Source of the DNA: Octopus sinensis | Taxonomy: Eukaryota | Direction of reading: 5' to 3' | NCBI RefSeq assembly: GCF_006345805.1 | Contig: NC_043000.1 | Coordinates: 1,612,001 to 1,676,000, forward strand | DNA: 64,000 nt | Shown here: positions 53,269 through 64,000 of the stretch, in pieces | Layout: each line of letters opens with the position of its first letter | How positions within the stretch are numbered: position 1 is the first letter of the stretch | Notes under the pieces: model-generated | Seen by the model: only the letters and a program-made list of their open reading frames with translations | Databases searched by the model: none | Told to the model about the DNA's origin: nothing | Program-made: the position numbers and the translations under genes

Positions 53269-53537
53269 TGGAATTCCATTATATAGATTTGAATATCTTT
53301 AAATAAACTGATGTCTGTATGTCAATTTCTCTATTTTCTTCCTTTACTCATTCATGTATTTATATATATATATATATTTAAAGGGCTAAAAAAACCATTA
53401 TGTGGTTAGCCATATGCTAGAAGTAGATCACCTGCGATCAAACTACAAAGAAAAGAATGTTCTCTAGAGAAAAATTCAGCGGTCACCAGAACAATATGCG
53501 GGCAAAACTGATGAAAATTATATAAAAAACAAGAATT

Positions 53538-53618
53538 AATCGCAGACCTAGGTTTCGCCTATTAACGAATAAATCACTTACGTAATCGTAATCGTCCGTA
53601 GGGCTCGTCAGTATGATC
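53538..53618 (-). ncRNA. Minimal type I hammerhead ribozyme fold
   Basis: GATCATA-CTGACGA-GCCCTA..TAGGC-GAAA-CCTAGG-TC-TGCGATT: full core, palindromic helix III (ACCTAGGT), GUC triplet; helix I has one mismatch and wobbles. Confidence 0.75.
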
Positions 53619-54359
53619 GTTCCACAGGTAATATAATTTGTAAAACTAACTACCTGTTTTCCGTATAAAAACAGACACGTGCTTAGTTTCCCCGATTACA
53701 TTGGGGTTAATTTCAAATGTCTGAGTTCTGGCGCGCTAAAATTCCAGAAACAAAATCTGCAGTAAATAATTTACTGCAGTTAATGCTGCCTATTAGAGAA
53801 CATATTTATTTTAACATTTAAATAATGAGGGAGATAAATTGAATATTGATTTAATTAATATCAATTTAAAACCACTAGCCTAGCATACAAAAATCTGAAG
53901 AATCAGAGAAAATTCTAATACATGTGTATATTTAAAGGGCTAAAAAACCACTATGTGGTTAGCCATATGTGGTTAGCCTATATATATATATAAGGCACAG
54001 AAAGTGTGTCACTAGCCAGCTGGAGGAGGTGTCCTCCTGGGGCTACAAGATACAGTATCATCAGGGTTAGCCACATTTGAGTGGCAAATATACTTCACGA
54101 TGTCGTGCAGCTACTGTTTATACCTCGCTCAGAGATTTATTTTATATATATATATATATATATAATACAATGGGACAAGAACGCAAAACATCCGGACAAC
54201 TAGGTGATACAAAAAGGGACAACAAAACATCTAGATAGACGATACAAAAAAGCAAGTACGGGTCATTCGATGCCTTTTATCCTCAGTCAAGAACCGGATC
54301 ATCCTCGCAATTTCGGCTGATTAATCTTATATATATATGTATGTATATGTATATATACA

Positions 54360-54745
54360 TAGGCGCAGGAGTGGCTGTGATGTAGGTAGCTTGCTAACCA
54401 ACCACATGGTTCCGGGTTCAGTCTCACTGCGTGGCATCTTGGGCAAATGTCTTCTGCTATAGCCCCGGGCCGACCAATGCCTTGTGAGTGGATTTGGTAG
54501 ACGGAAACTGAAAGAAGCCTGTCGTATATATGTATATGTATGTATGTGTGTGTCTGTGTTTGTCCCCCTAGCATTGCTTGATAACCGATGCTGGTGTGTT
54601 TACGTCCCCGTTACTTAGCGGTTCGGCAAAAGAGACCAATATAATAAGTACTAGGCTTACAAAAGAATAAGTCCCGGGGTCGAGTTGCTCGATTAAAGGC
54701 GGTGCTCCAGCATGGCCGCAGTCAAATGACTGAAACAAGTAAAAG
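54360..54745 (+). mobile_element. Family B SINE
   Basis: Near-identical to the 6898 copy. Confidence 0.9.
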
Positions 54746-54867
54746 ATATATATATATATATAATATTATTATATTTATATATATATATATATATTATATA
54801 TATTGCGTGTGAGTGTATGTGTGTGGAGTGTGTGTATGTGTGTGTGCGTGTGTGAATGTGTGTTGAA

Positions 54868-54899
<32 letters not shown>

Positions 54900-56084
54900 T
54901 GTGTGTGTGTGTGCAACAGTAGTAAAATTGGATGTTATCTGACATCCCAATGACGCCAGTCAATGTCACCAGGTGCAGAGCGAGCATTTCGAACCCCCTT
55001 ACCCCTCATTGCTGTGATTTATTGAACTCATTCTGTCACTGTTTGGTCGAGAAGGCGGTGAGCTGGCAGAAATGTTAGCACGCCGGGCGAAATGCTTAGC
55101 GGTATTTCGTCTCTGTTACGTTGTGAGTTCAAATTCCGCTGAGGTCGACTTTGCCTTTCATCCTTTCGGGGTCGATGAATTAAGTACCAGTTACGCACTG
55201 GGGTCGATGTAATCGACTTAATACCTATGTCTGTCCTTGTTTGTCCCCTCTGTGTTTAGCCCCTTGTGGGTAATAAAGAAATAGGTATGTATGGAATTAA
55301 GCGGGTGGAGGTGGAGGCTGATGATCTATGATCTGTAGGATGGGCCTAAATATGAATAATAGATTGTAGGATTGGTTTAACAGTTGGATGAGGTCCACAT
55401 GAAGTGCATAATGGATTGTTGTGGTTTAGCTATAGTATGATATTAATCAAGCCAAAGGTCTGACAACCATGACCATCTCGCTTTTCCCTTTCGGGCATAG
55501 TGTATAGAGGACATTTTTTAGCCAATGTTTATTTATTGCTTACTTTTTGTTCTTTTTTATTTTATTTTATTTGTTACAAATGGTACAGCAGAGCTTGATT
55601 TGAGGGAGATCGGGTTGTTGTTTCTAAAAACTCGAACAACCGCTTAGAAACTGCCCTCGATCTAGTGGCTGTACCAGAGTGCGTGTTTGCGTTGTTGTTG
55701 TTGTTGCTGTTGTTGTTCTTATCGCTGTTATTGTCTTCTTCTTCTTCTTCTTCTTCTTCTTCTTCTTCTTCTTCTTCTTCTTCTTCTTCCAATCAGGACC
55801 CACACCATTAGCCACAAAGAATAATCTCTAATTCGAGCCTACTCTAAGCTACTAACAATGCGTGTGGCAACTTGAAGATCCACCCACCACACGCGATAGA
55901 CTGGCGGTTGCACGGGCGCGAAAGCTACGTTGTTATTTTCATTCCGTAAACGGTGGCTTTTAACGGGTGGAGAGCTGAACCATCCTAGGGTACAGAGGAT
56001 TCGCAATCTAGACTAGGGTCTGAAAGTTTACTTCACCATAGTTGGGTTACACCATGGTTCCTCTGCTTTGTGGAAGAAGTAGGA

Positions 56085-56272
56085 AGAAAGAGTGAGAGAA
56101 AGTTGTGGTGAAAGAGTACAGCGGGGTTCACCCCACCCTCCACCGCCGGAACGTCGTGGAGCTTAGGTGTTTTTGCTCAATAAACACTCACAATGCCCGG
56201 TCTGGGAATCGAAACCGCGTTCTTACGACCGCGAGTCCGCTGCCCTAACCACTGGGCCATTGCGTCTCCACG
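56085..56272 (-). mobile_element. Family C SINE 5' part
   Basis: Reverse complement of the 23629 head. Confidence 0.8.
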
Positions 56273-56532
56273 CTGTTGTTGTTGTGTTTGTTGTTGATGA
56301 TGATGATGATGATGATGAGGCGGTCCAACTTGCCTTTGATCTCTCCGAGATTAATAAAATAAAATGCTAGTTAAATACTAGCGTCGATGGTATTAACTAA
56401 TCCACTCATGAGGTATAGCCAGGTTCTAAAGTTCTAAAGTTAGCGGGAGCGAGCGCATAAGGAAGGGCTCTGCTCTGACACATATCAGACAATTTCTCTT
56501 ATATCATGCAAAATATTTCATTAATTATAATA

Positions 56533-57060
56533 TACTAGCAGTATCGCCCGGTGTTGCTCGGGTTTGTGGAAGAAATAACTATATAAACATTTTTAGTGAG
56601 TTATAGCAAAAAAAATAGCAAAAAAATGCATTAAAAATGGATAAAAATGATGGTAATTTTTGGTGTCTTCAGCCATGAAGTCGTTGTTCTAAAAGAACGC
56701 TGGTCTCCTTGACAATGCTTTACGACGTTGATTTCCTTACACTCCCTTCCCCACAGCTTCACGAGGGAGGGAAGAAGGGGAGAAGCAACACAAGTGCAGG
56801 TGTGACCATGGACGCCAACTCCGCCGCCATCGACACACGAAAAAATATGCTTAAAATGGAATAAAAATGATGTTAAATTATTTTTAAAATCGTAGACTAT
56901 CGTAGACGCGCGCTAATACCCAAACGGGCTCGATATGAATCGCGACTATAAGATACCCGAATTTGGTTAAACTGCACCACACAAGCAAATGTGGGAGTAG
57001 TTAGGAATCTAAATCGAAGGGGACAGACACTCACACAACTTCACTTTTATATATATAGAT
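56533..57060 (+). mobile_element. Non-autonomous Helitron/Helentron-like element
   Basis: 5' tACTAGCAGTATCGCCCGGTGTTGCTCGGG hairpin-type end; 3' acagaca...cttttatatatatagat end; shares its 5' ~130 bp with 47869-48247. Confidence 0.7.
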
Positions 57061-57329
57061 ATAATTGTATTCTACATTCATTAATTTCATGTTTCAGCTA
57101 CAACGTCATTATGTATGAAACTTACAACTACTAATATATATAGAACGAAAGAGTTAACAAAAAATATTGTTGAAAAGGCGCGAATTTCGAAAGATGTAAT
57201 TCATGGATAGCAATCGCTCCCCTTGCCCCCTCCCCATTAGCTACACAATTGATCCACTCCCTTCATAATTACTGGCCTTGTGCATCAATCAGACACCATT
57301 AATAAAGAAAGAGGTAAGGCGATGAAAAG

Positions 57330-57750
57330 GCGGCGAGCTGGCAGAAACGTTTGCACGTCGGGCGAAATGCGTAGCCGTATTTCGCCTGCAGTTACGTTCT
57401 GGGATCAAATTCCACCGAGGTCGACTTTGCTTTTCATCCTTTCGGGGTCGATAAATTAAGTACCAGTTACGCACTGGGGTCGATGTAATCGATTTAATCC
57501 TTTTGTCTGTCCTTGTTTGTCTCCTCTGTGTTTATCCCCTTCTGGGTAGTAAAGAAATAGATATTTCGTCTGTCTTTTACGTTCTGGGTTCAAATTCCGC
57601 CAAGATCGACTTTGCCTTTTATCCTTTTGTGGTCGATTAAATAAGTACCAGTTACGCACTGGGGTCGATATAGTCGACTTAATCCGTTTGTCTGTCCTTG
57701 TTTGTCCCCTCTGTGTGTAGCCCCTTGTGAGTAGTAAAGAAATAGGTAGG
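57330..57750 (+). mobile_element. Family A SINE dimer, followed by older diverged copies to ~58420
   Basis: Similarity to other family A copies. Confidence 0.85.
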
Positions 57751-58829
57751 GCGATGGAGTGACAGAATCGTTAAGCGCATCGAAAAAAATGCCTTGAGGT
57801 ATTTCTTCTGACTTTTTCTGTACATTTTACGTTCAAATCCTGCCGAAGTCGAATTTGCCTTTTATTTTTTCGGGTGTCAATAGAAAAAGTACCAGTCAAA
57901 TACTGGAGTCGATTTAATCGGGTTGCCCTACCCACTTAAAAAGTTCTGGCCTTGTGACTAAATTAAAAATAATTACTTAAGGTGGCAGAAATATTAATTT
58001 TGAAAAATAAAAGCAAAAAAATTGACCTGCCGTATTTCTTCCGGTTCTTCAAATGCTGCCGAAGTCGATTTTTCCGTTTATCTTTTCGGGGTCGATAAAA
58101 TAAAGTACCAGACAAGTACGTGGATCGATGGCAGAAATATTAGAATGTCAGGGGTGGGGTGCGTTATTTGTTGTAGCTTTTTATATTCCGAGTTCAAATC
58201 CGAAGTCAAGTTTACCTTTTATGCTTTCGGGATCGATAAAATAAGGTATCGCACAAGTACTTGGGTGGATGGTAGAAGTGTTCGAATGTCAGGAGGAGAA
58301 ATGCGTTATATGTTGTAGCTTTTTATATTCCGAGTTCAAATCCGAAGTCAAGTTTAGCTTTTATTCTTTCCGGGATCGATAAAATGAAGTATTAGTTAAA
58401 TACTGGAGTCGATGATACCCGTATTTGACTGAAACGTTATCAAGAAACCTTCCCCTTAAAATTAGTGAGCTTGTACCGAAATCAAACATTTTTAATAAAG
58501 AGAAGGTTGTAAAAAAATTTCCCTAATAATTTGCTGGATCTGAGGATTGTATTTGAAGTGTTTAAGAGGCTGTAAAGTTGTAAGTTGTGTTAAAACAAAA
58601 AAAAAGAAAGAAAAAAACGATGCAAACGGTTAGATGAAGCTACGATATACCTATAACCCTCTCTATACCCCCATCACAGAATATTTGCAGGAAGGTCACG
58701 TTTTTCGTAACGCGAGGGATATTTGTACGTACTCAGCTGTATCTTAACTTACCTGCCTGATTAAGATTTTGAGAGATTTTCTTCATTGGCAATCCGATGT
58801 TTGTTGCAAATGATTCAGTGAACAACAAA

Positions 58830-58859
58830 GGTGGTAACGGTGGTGAGGGTGGCGGTGAT

Positions 58860-58894
<35 letters not shown>

Positions 58895-59385
58895 TGGTGG
58901 CGGTGGTGGAGTTGGTGATGATGGTGATGGTGGTGGTGGTGATGGTGGTGGTGGTGGTGTGGTGGCGGCGGTGGCGGCGGTGGTGGCGTGGTGGTGGTGG
59001 TGGTGGTGGCGGCGGTGGTGGTGGCGGTGGTGGGTGTGTGGTGGTGGTGGCGGTGGTGGCGGTGGTGGAGTTGGTGATGATGGTGGTGGTGGTGGTGTGG
59101 TGGCGGCGGTGGCGGCGGTGGTGGCGGTGGTGGTGGTGGTGGTGGTGGCGGCGGTGGTGGGGCGGTGGTGGTGGTGTGGTGGTGGTGGTGGTGGTGGTGG
59201 GTTGTGGTGGTGTGGTGATGGTGGTGATGGTGGTGGTGGTGGTGGTGGTGGCGGCGGTGGTGGCGGTGGTGTGGTGGTGGTGGTGGTGGTGGTGGCGGTG
59301 GTGGTGGCGGTTGGTGTGGTGGTGGTGGTGGCGGTGGTGGTGGTGGTGGTGTGGTGGTGGCGGTGGCGGTGGTGGAGTAGTGTTG
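58830..59385. repeat. (GGT/GGC)n trinucleotide tract
   Basis: Direct inspection; source of spurious poly-Gly/Val/Pro/His ORFs. Confidence 0.95.
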
Positions 59386-59539
59386 CTTTCTCGTTGTTGT
59401 CAACAATCTACAAGTATAACTCAAAACAGTTCTGACGTCATTGATATCAGTAACTGGGTGGTTACGGTGATGGGTGCGGGTGGTGGCGGTGGGGGTTACT
59501 GGGGTGGGGTGCGGGTGGCGGTGCGGGTAATGTAGCCGC

Positions 59540-59930
59540 TATTTGTTGCGGCTGCTGTCTTTGTCGCTGCTGTTGTTGTTGTTACTATTATAGTTGCTGT
59601 TGTTGTTGTTGTTGCAGTTGATGTTGTTTCCGATATTGTTGTTGCTGTTGCTGCTGATGTTGCTGTTGTTATTGTTGCTGTTGCTGTTGCTGCTGTCTTT
59701 ATTGTTGTTTTTGTTGTTGTTGCTGCTATTGCTGCTGATGTCGCTGTTGTTATTGTTGCTGTTGCTGCTGCTGCTGTCTTTATTGGTGTTGTTGTTTTTG
59801 TTGTTGTTGCTGCTATTGTTGCTGTTGTTATTGTTGTTGTTGCTGCTGCTGATGCTGCTGCTGTTGTAGCTATCGCTGCTGTTGTTGTTGATATTGTTGT
59901 TGTTGTTACTGCTGTTCTGGTTTCTGCTGC
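59540..59930. repeat. (GTT/GCT)n cryptic trinucleotide tract
   Basis: Direct inspection. Confidence 0.95.
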
Positions 59931-60992
59931 TATTGCGCCCTTACTTTTGCTGTAGTTGTCGTTTGGTCCCAGATCTACCCCGATCGAGCAGAAACCTATG
60001 CTTAAAGCATACCCGTTGCCAAGGGGTGCTCTAGACGGCACCCTCAGATTGAGAAAATGCAGTTCACAAAAACCTTCCCGCAATACAAATCAATAACCAT
60101 CCAGAATACTTTGAAGCTCTCCTAGGCACCAAATTCGGGCTATGGGCCTGGATCACAGGCGTTCAAATTGTCATCTCTTCATTTTTTTCCTGTTGGTTCC
60201 GTGGGTGCATTCAATATAATTATGTGCTCATAATGATCCTGGTTACATAAGACAGGGTTGTTACCGCGCCGGGCAAAACGCTTAGCGAAATTTCATCCAT
60301 TTTTTACAATCTGAGTTCAAATGCCACCAACTTTGTCTTCCATCTTTTCGGACTCGATAAAACAAGTACCGGTTGAGTACCAAGGGGTCGACGTAATCGA
60401 CTTACTCCCACCCCTGAAATTACTGGCCTTGTGTCAAAATCTGAAACTTATATAATCCTGGTGACAGATATCATTTTCTCTTTTTAAAGCGATAGAGTGA
60501 AATTTGAAAGGTTGCTTTTTCTTGTTCACTCGATGTGGTTGTCTAGTCTCGGGACAGTCCTAACCCAACAAATCTATGGTCGAAAACGCTTCAACCGTGA
60601 CCATTCCATCTTTTCTAAACAAAAGTTCATTCAAAATTGTATAATCCACAAGGTTCACGGTACAGTATGATTTGGTGACAATTTCTAACATGTTGAGAGA
60701 CTAAGTATAGGTTTCTGCTTTTGCTAGTAGATCTGCTGTTGTTGCTTCTTGTTTATCTCCAATCAGCCCCGAAGGAAAAAAGTTATTTTCAAAGGTCCTC
60801 CGTTCATGAGTGTCCCCTCATTTTGTTTTTATCCAGGCACGATTAAAGTAAACTGAAATCTTTTCAATGCCAGTTCAATGTTATAAGGTCCCGAACAAAC
60901 ATGTTGAACTCCTTTCCGAGCTACCATATTTGGCGATGTCTAAGACGTTCTGTTTAAAAGATAGAGAGAGAAAAGTAAAGAAAAGAAAAGAA

Positions 60993-61028
<36 letters not shown>

Positions 61029-61489
61029 GAGAAAGAAAAAAAGAGAAATGAAAGAAAGGAAGAGAAAGGGGAGGAAAGAAAGGGAAGAAAAGAAAGAAGT
61101 CTGAAAAATCTTCTCTGTGTCTTATCTGTGAAGTTGCGATATCCCATAAGTTAATGAATTGGCCATAGGCCTCTAGCAAGCTAATGATAACCCCTATCTA
61201 ACCTAAATCTTGAATGAAAATGTTATTGTTTAATTAAACATAACATTATCAGTGACACCAGAGTTTCTGAGATACACTCGATCGCTCTCTTTCTGGACCA
61301 CTACGAGGTCTGCGTCACTTTCACTTTGAATGGCTTTGCAGTGTTGTTTGGGAAAGGCACAGACCTAAAAAGTATGATTTTCCTGGGTCAGACTGGTCGG
61401 TTGGCAATCCTATAGGTAAGCAAACTGTTTATGAGTCACCGAGGACTGGAAATCCGGATATCTTCACTCTTTTAGAATCTTTCACGTGT

Positions 61490-61905
61490 GGCGAGCTGGC
61501 AGAAACGTTAGCACGCCGGGTGAAATGCTTAGCGGTATTTCGTCTGCCGCTACGTTCTGAGTTCAAATTCTGCCGAGGTCGACTTTGCCTTTCGTCCTTT
61601 CGGGGTCGATTAAATAAGTACCAGTTACGCACTGGGGCCGATATAATCGACTTAATCCGTTTGTCTGTCCTTGTTTGTTCCCTCTGTGTTTAGCCCCTTG
61701 TGGGTAATAAAGAAATAAGTATTTCCTCTGTCTGTACGTTCTGAGTTCAAATTCCGCCGAGGTTGACTTTGCCTTTCGTCCTTTCGGGGTCGATTAAATA
61801 AGTACCAGTTACTCACTGGGGTCCGTGTAATCGACTTAATCCATTTGTCTGTCCTTGTTTGTCCCCTCTATGTTTAGCCCCCTGTGGGCAATAAAGAAAT
61901 AAGAA
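61490..61905 (+). mobile_element. Family A SINE dimer
   Basis: Similarity to other family A copies. Confidence 0.88.
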
Positions 61906-62267
61906 TGTTTCACATGTGGGTGGCAGTAAGAGTATTAATAAAGGGACAGACAAATTGTTATATTTTATAAAACTAAGATGGATGACAAAAATTTCCCCTT
62001 TTTTTTTTTTTAATTGGCGAATGAGGTTTGATATTTATCGGCTTAAGAACCACTGGTCTGGAGATTTTCCTAGGAACATTTCGAGCAATGGTTGCTATTG
62101 GTAACTAGAACGGCATTTTATACGTACGCAAAGTCCGTGTTGGAGTAGCCAATAGGAGAGTAGTGTAAACGCCTAAGGAACCTACTAAGTTCAACTTCCG
62201 AGTAGAGTTCACATAAATTCCTCCAGCATGCAAATGTAAACTTGGACAAACTGCAGCGAGTAATTCA

Positions 62268-62342
<75 letters not shown>

Positions 62343-62439
62343 GAGCTTTCATTGTTAACCGATAGGAATAATGTAGGCCGTCCATAGTTCTTGGCTCTAC
62401 ACTTCACAAATAGATGAAATGTGCAGTCAACTTAAATAA

Positions 62440-64000
62440 AACTAAAAAGAAAAACAGTGTCCTGGGCATTAGAAGGGTGTGATGTTCATGTTAAGGCGAT
62501 GTTTTGAAAAGCAGGAGTGCTGTTACATGGGTAAGGGTAATATAGGTGCAGCGTGACAACAAAGCTGCACTTCGATTATGATGAACCGCAGTGGACGCAG
62601 ATTCTAAGCAGATGTGTGCAGCTTCTCAGTAAAGCTGGAGATGGTGGATTTCGATACCTACTCGGGTCTTCCCGTTTCTTAATCAAAAGTGCAGAGTACT
62701 GTGAGAAACTAACTTCATCCGATGAATTAGCCAACAAATTAGGTGAATGTAGGATGATCAAGTCGCTGGGATTATATTATCTACTCTAAATACCTGACCT
62801 GTTTGTAACTGTGTTGTCAGCTGTCTATTGCAACTAGCAGTAGACATTTCAGATGGCGTGAGTAACGGAGTGGTGACGTTTGCCGAGGAAGGACCCAACC
62901 AATTGAGATATAATAGATAATTTCAGATCCATAGTTCTGCCCAATACAGATTTAATGATTTTGACAAAGTTGCTTGACAAGAATTGAATGTTGTCATGCG
63001 CAGTTTTGACGAAAATGCATGAGCAGGTACAACCTCTGGAAGATCTATCCATTACAACCTCCTCGATACATCACTGACCGAGTTAGCACTAGATTTGGCT
63101 TTAATGAAAAAGGGCCCTGGTCAATTTAGGTCAGTCAAAAGCGTACAAGATCAACCATTATTTCCTGATGAGTGTCCTAATATCTGCCGGTTGTGGTCCC
63201 ATTGTTACAATGTATAGCGTGTGGCAGCGTTAGTTCAGTGGTCAAAATAAAAGCTATCAAACGAAACCGTTTTGCATTGCGCAGCCTGTCCACCAAGGAT
63301 AACTCATTTCATCTGTGAGTCTTGGTGCAGGAGCTTTGGCTGCGGAGTCTGGGGACATTGAGGATATTCTGCTTGAACTAAGATACAAGAGATCTGTGTC
63401 TACACCATCACAGTGTCGCATTCATCAAAAATTGAGGTGGTCGACACCGTTCTAGAGTACTGAGAGGAAGTGGGAACACATATTAACTACAGCAAGTCGG
63501 TGACTTGCATCTCACTACCTAAAGAATATGCCCCCACGGGATTCCTACTTATGGTGCTGGACCAAAGATCTGGTTGAAGTGTTTGAAGGCCTGGCTCGGA
63601 TCACAGCTTCAGTTGGATAAAAACTGGAAAGCGGTCGTGAGCAAGGTGGCTAGTTTCTCTCAGAAACTGGCTTTGAGGAAGCTATCCTTAAAAGGCCGGG
63701 CGAGAGTATCTAATGTCTATAATCACTTCGGTATACACTGCCACCTAACCATCGTGAATTGTCAGAGAAAACCCTGACCATATTGAAGAGTATGCTCTTT
63801 AACTTTTTATGGAAGAGGCAGATTCCGCTGGTCAGGAGGTTGACGTGCTGCCAACGCCCAACAACAAAGAGCTTTCAGAATGCCATGGACAATGATGTAA
63901 AGACACGCATTCGAGACTGAAGCATCTACAAAGATTTCTTGACAACGAAGACGATAGCAGGAATGATCACTGTTTGTGCGTTTAACTTGCTTGCAGTTCG
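62440..64000 (+). mobile_element. Degenerate L1/Tx1-like LINE ORF2 (RT region), runs off the window
   Basis: LVNLGQSKAYKINH (decayed LDQSKAFDRVDH), VHQG*LIS (RQGCPLS) and WLGSQLQLDKNW...KLSLKGRARV; many stops. Confidence 0.8.

Noticed and set aside
58783-59535. 200+ aa poly-Gly/Pro/His/Val ORFs
   Set aside because: Stop-free translation of (GGT)n in several frames.
59496-60083. 195-aa Thr/Ala-rich mucin-like ORF
   Set aside because: Arises from the (GTT/GCT)n tract; no signal peptide, splice context or recognisable domain.

Overview
AT-rich, repeat-saturated animal genomic DNA. The SINE, LINE and microsatellite content looks like an octopod cephalopod (inference, not verified). The only host gene I can support is the 5' part of an HDHD5/CECR5-like HAD-hydrolase gene on the minus strand. 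It has two clearly homologous coding exons (6087-6281, 3374-3486), a probable 44-nt exon (14943-14986) and up to three candidate alternative first exons (25152-25254 with CCAAT/TATA boxes, 18428-18533, 10859-10900). The gene continues beyond position 1. The rest is tRNA-derived SINEs, truncated LINEs (CR1-like, RTE, BovB-like, L1/Tx1-like), DNA-transposon relics and MITEs, Helitron-like elements and long simple repeats. The most striking unannotated signal is a set of minimal type I hammerhead-ribozyme folds with palindromic helix III. Most sit in inserts within (TA)n/(TACA)n tracts, and some lie in or between ~115-126-bp inverted repeats, consistent with Penelope-like retroelement remnants. 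Also notable are a TIR-bounded element carrying (TTAGGG)n and a 6-unit ~195-bp array abutting one candidate start codon. Most long ORFs in the supplied track are microsatellite artefacts. All folds and splice models were derived by eye and need computational or RNA confirmation.
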